Below are positions 63,423 through 64,000 of a DNA stretch of 64,000 bases, piece by piece. The first letter of the stretch is position 1. Each line of letters begins with the position of its first letter. Source of the DNA: Neoconidiobolus thromboides FSU 785 (taxonomy: Eukaryota > Fungi > Entomophthoromycota); contig MU626272.1 in assembly GCA_025603075.1 (NCBI GenBank), positions 124,001 to 188,000 on the forward strand, written 5' to 3'. The notes beneath the pieces are model-generated. The model was given only the letters and a program-made list of their open reading frames with translations. It searched no databases and was not told the origin of the DNA. Made by a program: the position numbers and the translations under genes.

Positions 63423-63519
63423 GGGGATGTATTTTTGTGTTTAAGAATTTTACTAACAACCTTTCCACTCAAATAATGCTTAAAAAATGGAAAAAGTAAT
63501 GAAGCCAAAAAAATATCCC
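63423..63519 (+). mobile_element. MITE family A copy 14
   Basis: GGGGATG...TATCCC; AATT/AATT flanks. Confidence 0.9.
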
Positions 63520-64000
63520 AATTATTTTTTGGAACGCTTTTGAACTGTTATTTTCAAAAATTAAACTTATTTTGGACTGCTTGAAAATTTTATGCAACAA
63601 GTTTGAGAAAATTGAGTGCTTTTTTAACTCCAACAAAATCAATCATTTTAAATAATAACTTTACTCTTGAAAGTCTTTATGAGGTCACTTGAAGCTTTGT
63701 TCAATGAAAAATGACCATTAACAAAATAAATTTTATTTGAGTGCCGTTAGCTTTAAAGGATGGCAGTTCCTAGAGTTCAAACGATAAAAATTAAAATGAC
63801 TTGTGAATATCACAAATGCTTAAAAGCTAGTTGGCAATGATATTCAGAGCCTACAATTATAATGGTGAGATAGAGAATTAATGTAGATTTAATTTCCTTC
63901 ATTTCCTTATATGGCTTTGTACACCTTTTTTATCAAATTTTTATAGTCACTGATAGGTAATTGTAAATCAATAATATCAATAAAACATAATATGTAGTAT

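Noticed and set aside
825-63519. MITE family as CRISPR repeats, tRNA-derived SINE or telomeric repeat
   Set aside because: Copies are dispersed rather than arrayed and have TIRs and TSDs; no Pol III A/B boxes, poly(A) tail or telomere-like tandem units.

Overview
Very AT-rich eukaryotic nuclear DNA with short (about 45-60 nt) GT-AG introns and the standard genetic code. The gene set is fungal; composition and gene content suggest an early-diverging fungus, possibly Conidiobolus/Neoconidiobolus-like (inference, not verified). About 20 protein-coding genes are supported: a Ser-rich CBM19-type wall protein, SQT1, PRP4, NSA2, a Reg1-like PP1 regulator, EMC6, TYW1, RRP9, RSM7, NDUFB11/ESSS, COX15, ILS1, a BRI3-like protein, an MFSD1-like transporter, SLA1, two orphans, HIS2, UTP5/WDR43, 14-3-3 and a carboxypeptidase Q-like peptidase. 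The main non-coding signal is 14 dispersed copies of a roughly 98-bp element, none inside a confidently called gene. It has GGGGATG...CATCCCC terminal inverted repeats, copy-specific 4-bp target-site duplications (ATAT, ATTA, ATTT, AATT) and an internal palindrome centred on AGCGCT. It is a candidate Sola-type MITE family. Second, a tandem pseudogene of the BRI3-like gene has ATG changed to ATA and three TAA stops that align with Gln (CAA) codons. Together with transition-dominated decay of the MITEs, this hints at a RIP-like or methylation-driven mutagenesis of duplicated DNA. No tRNA, rRNA or CRISPR features were seen. All coordinates and splice models were read by eye.
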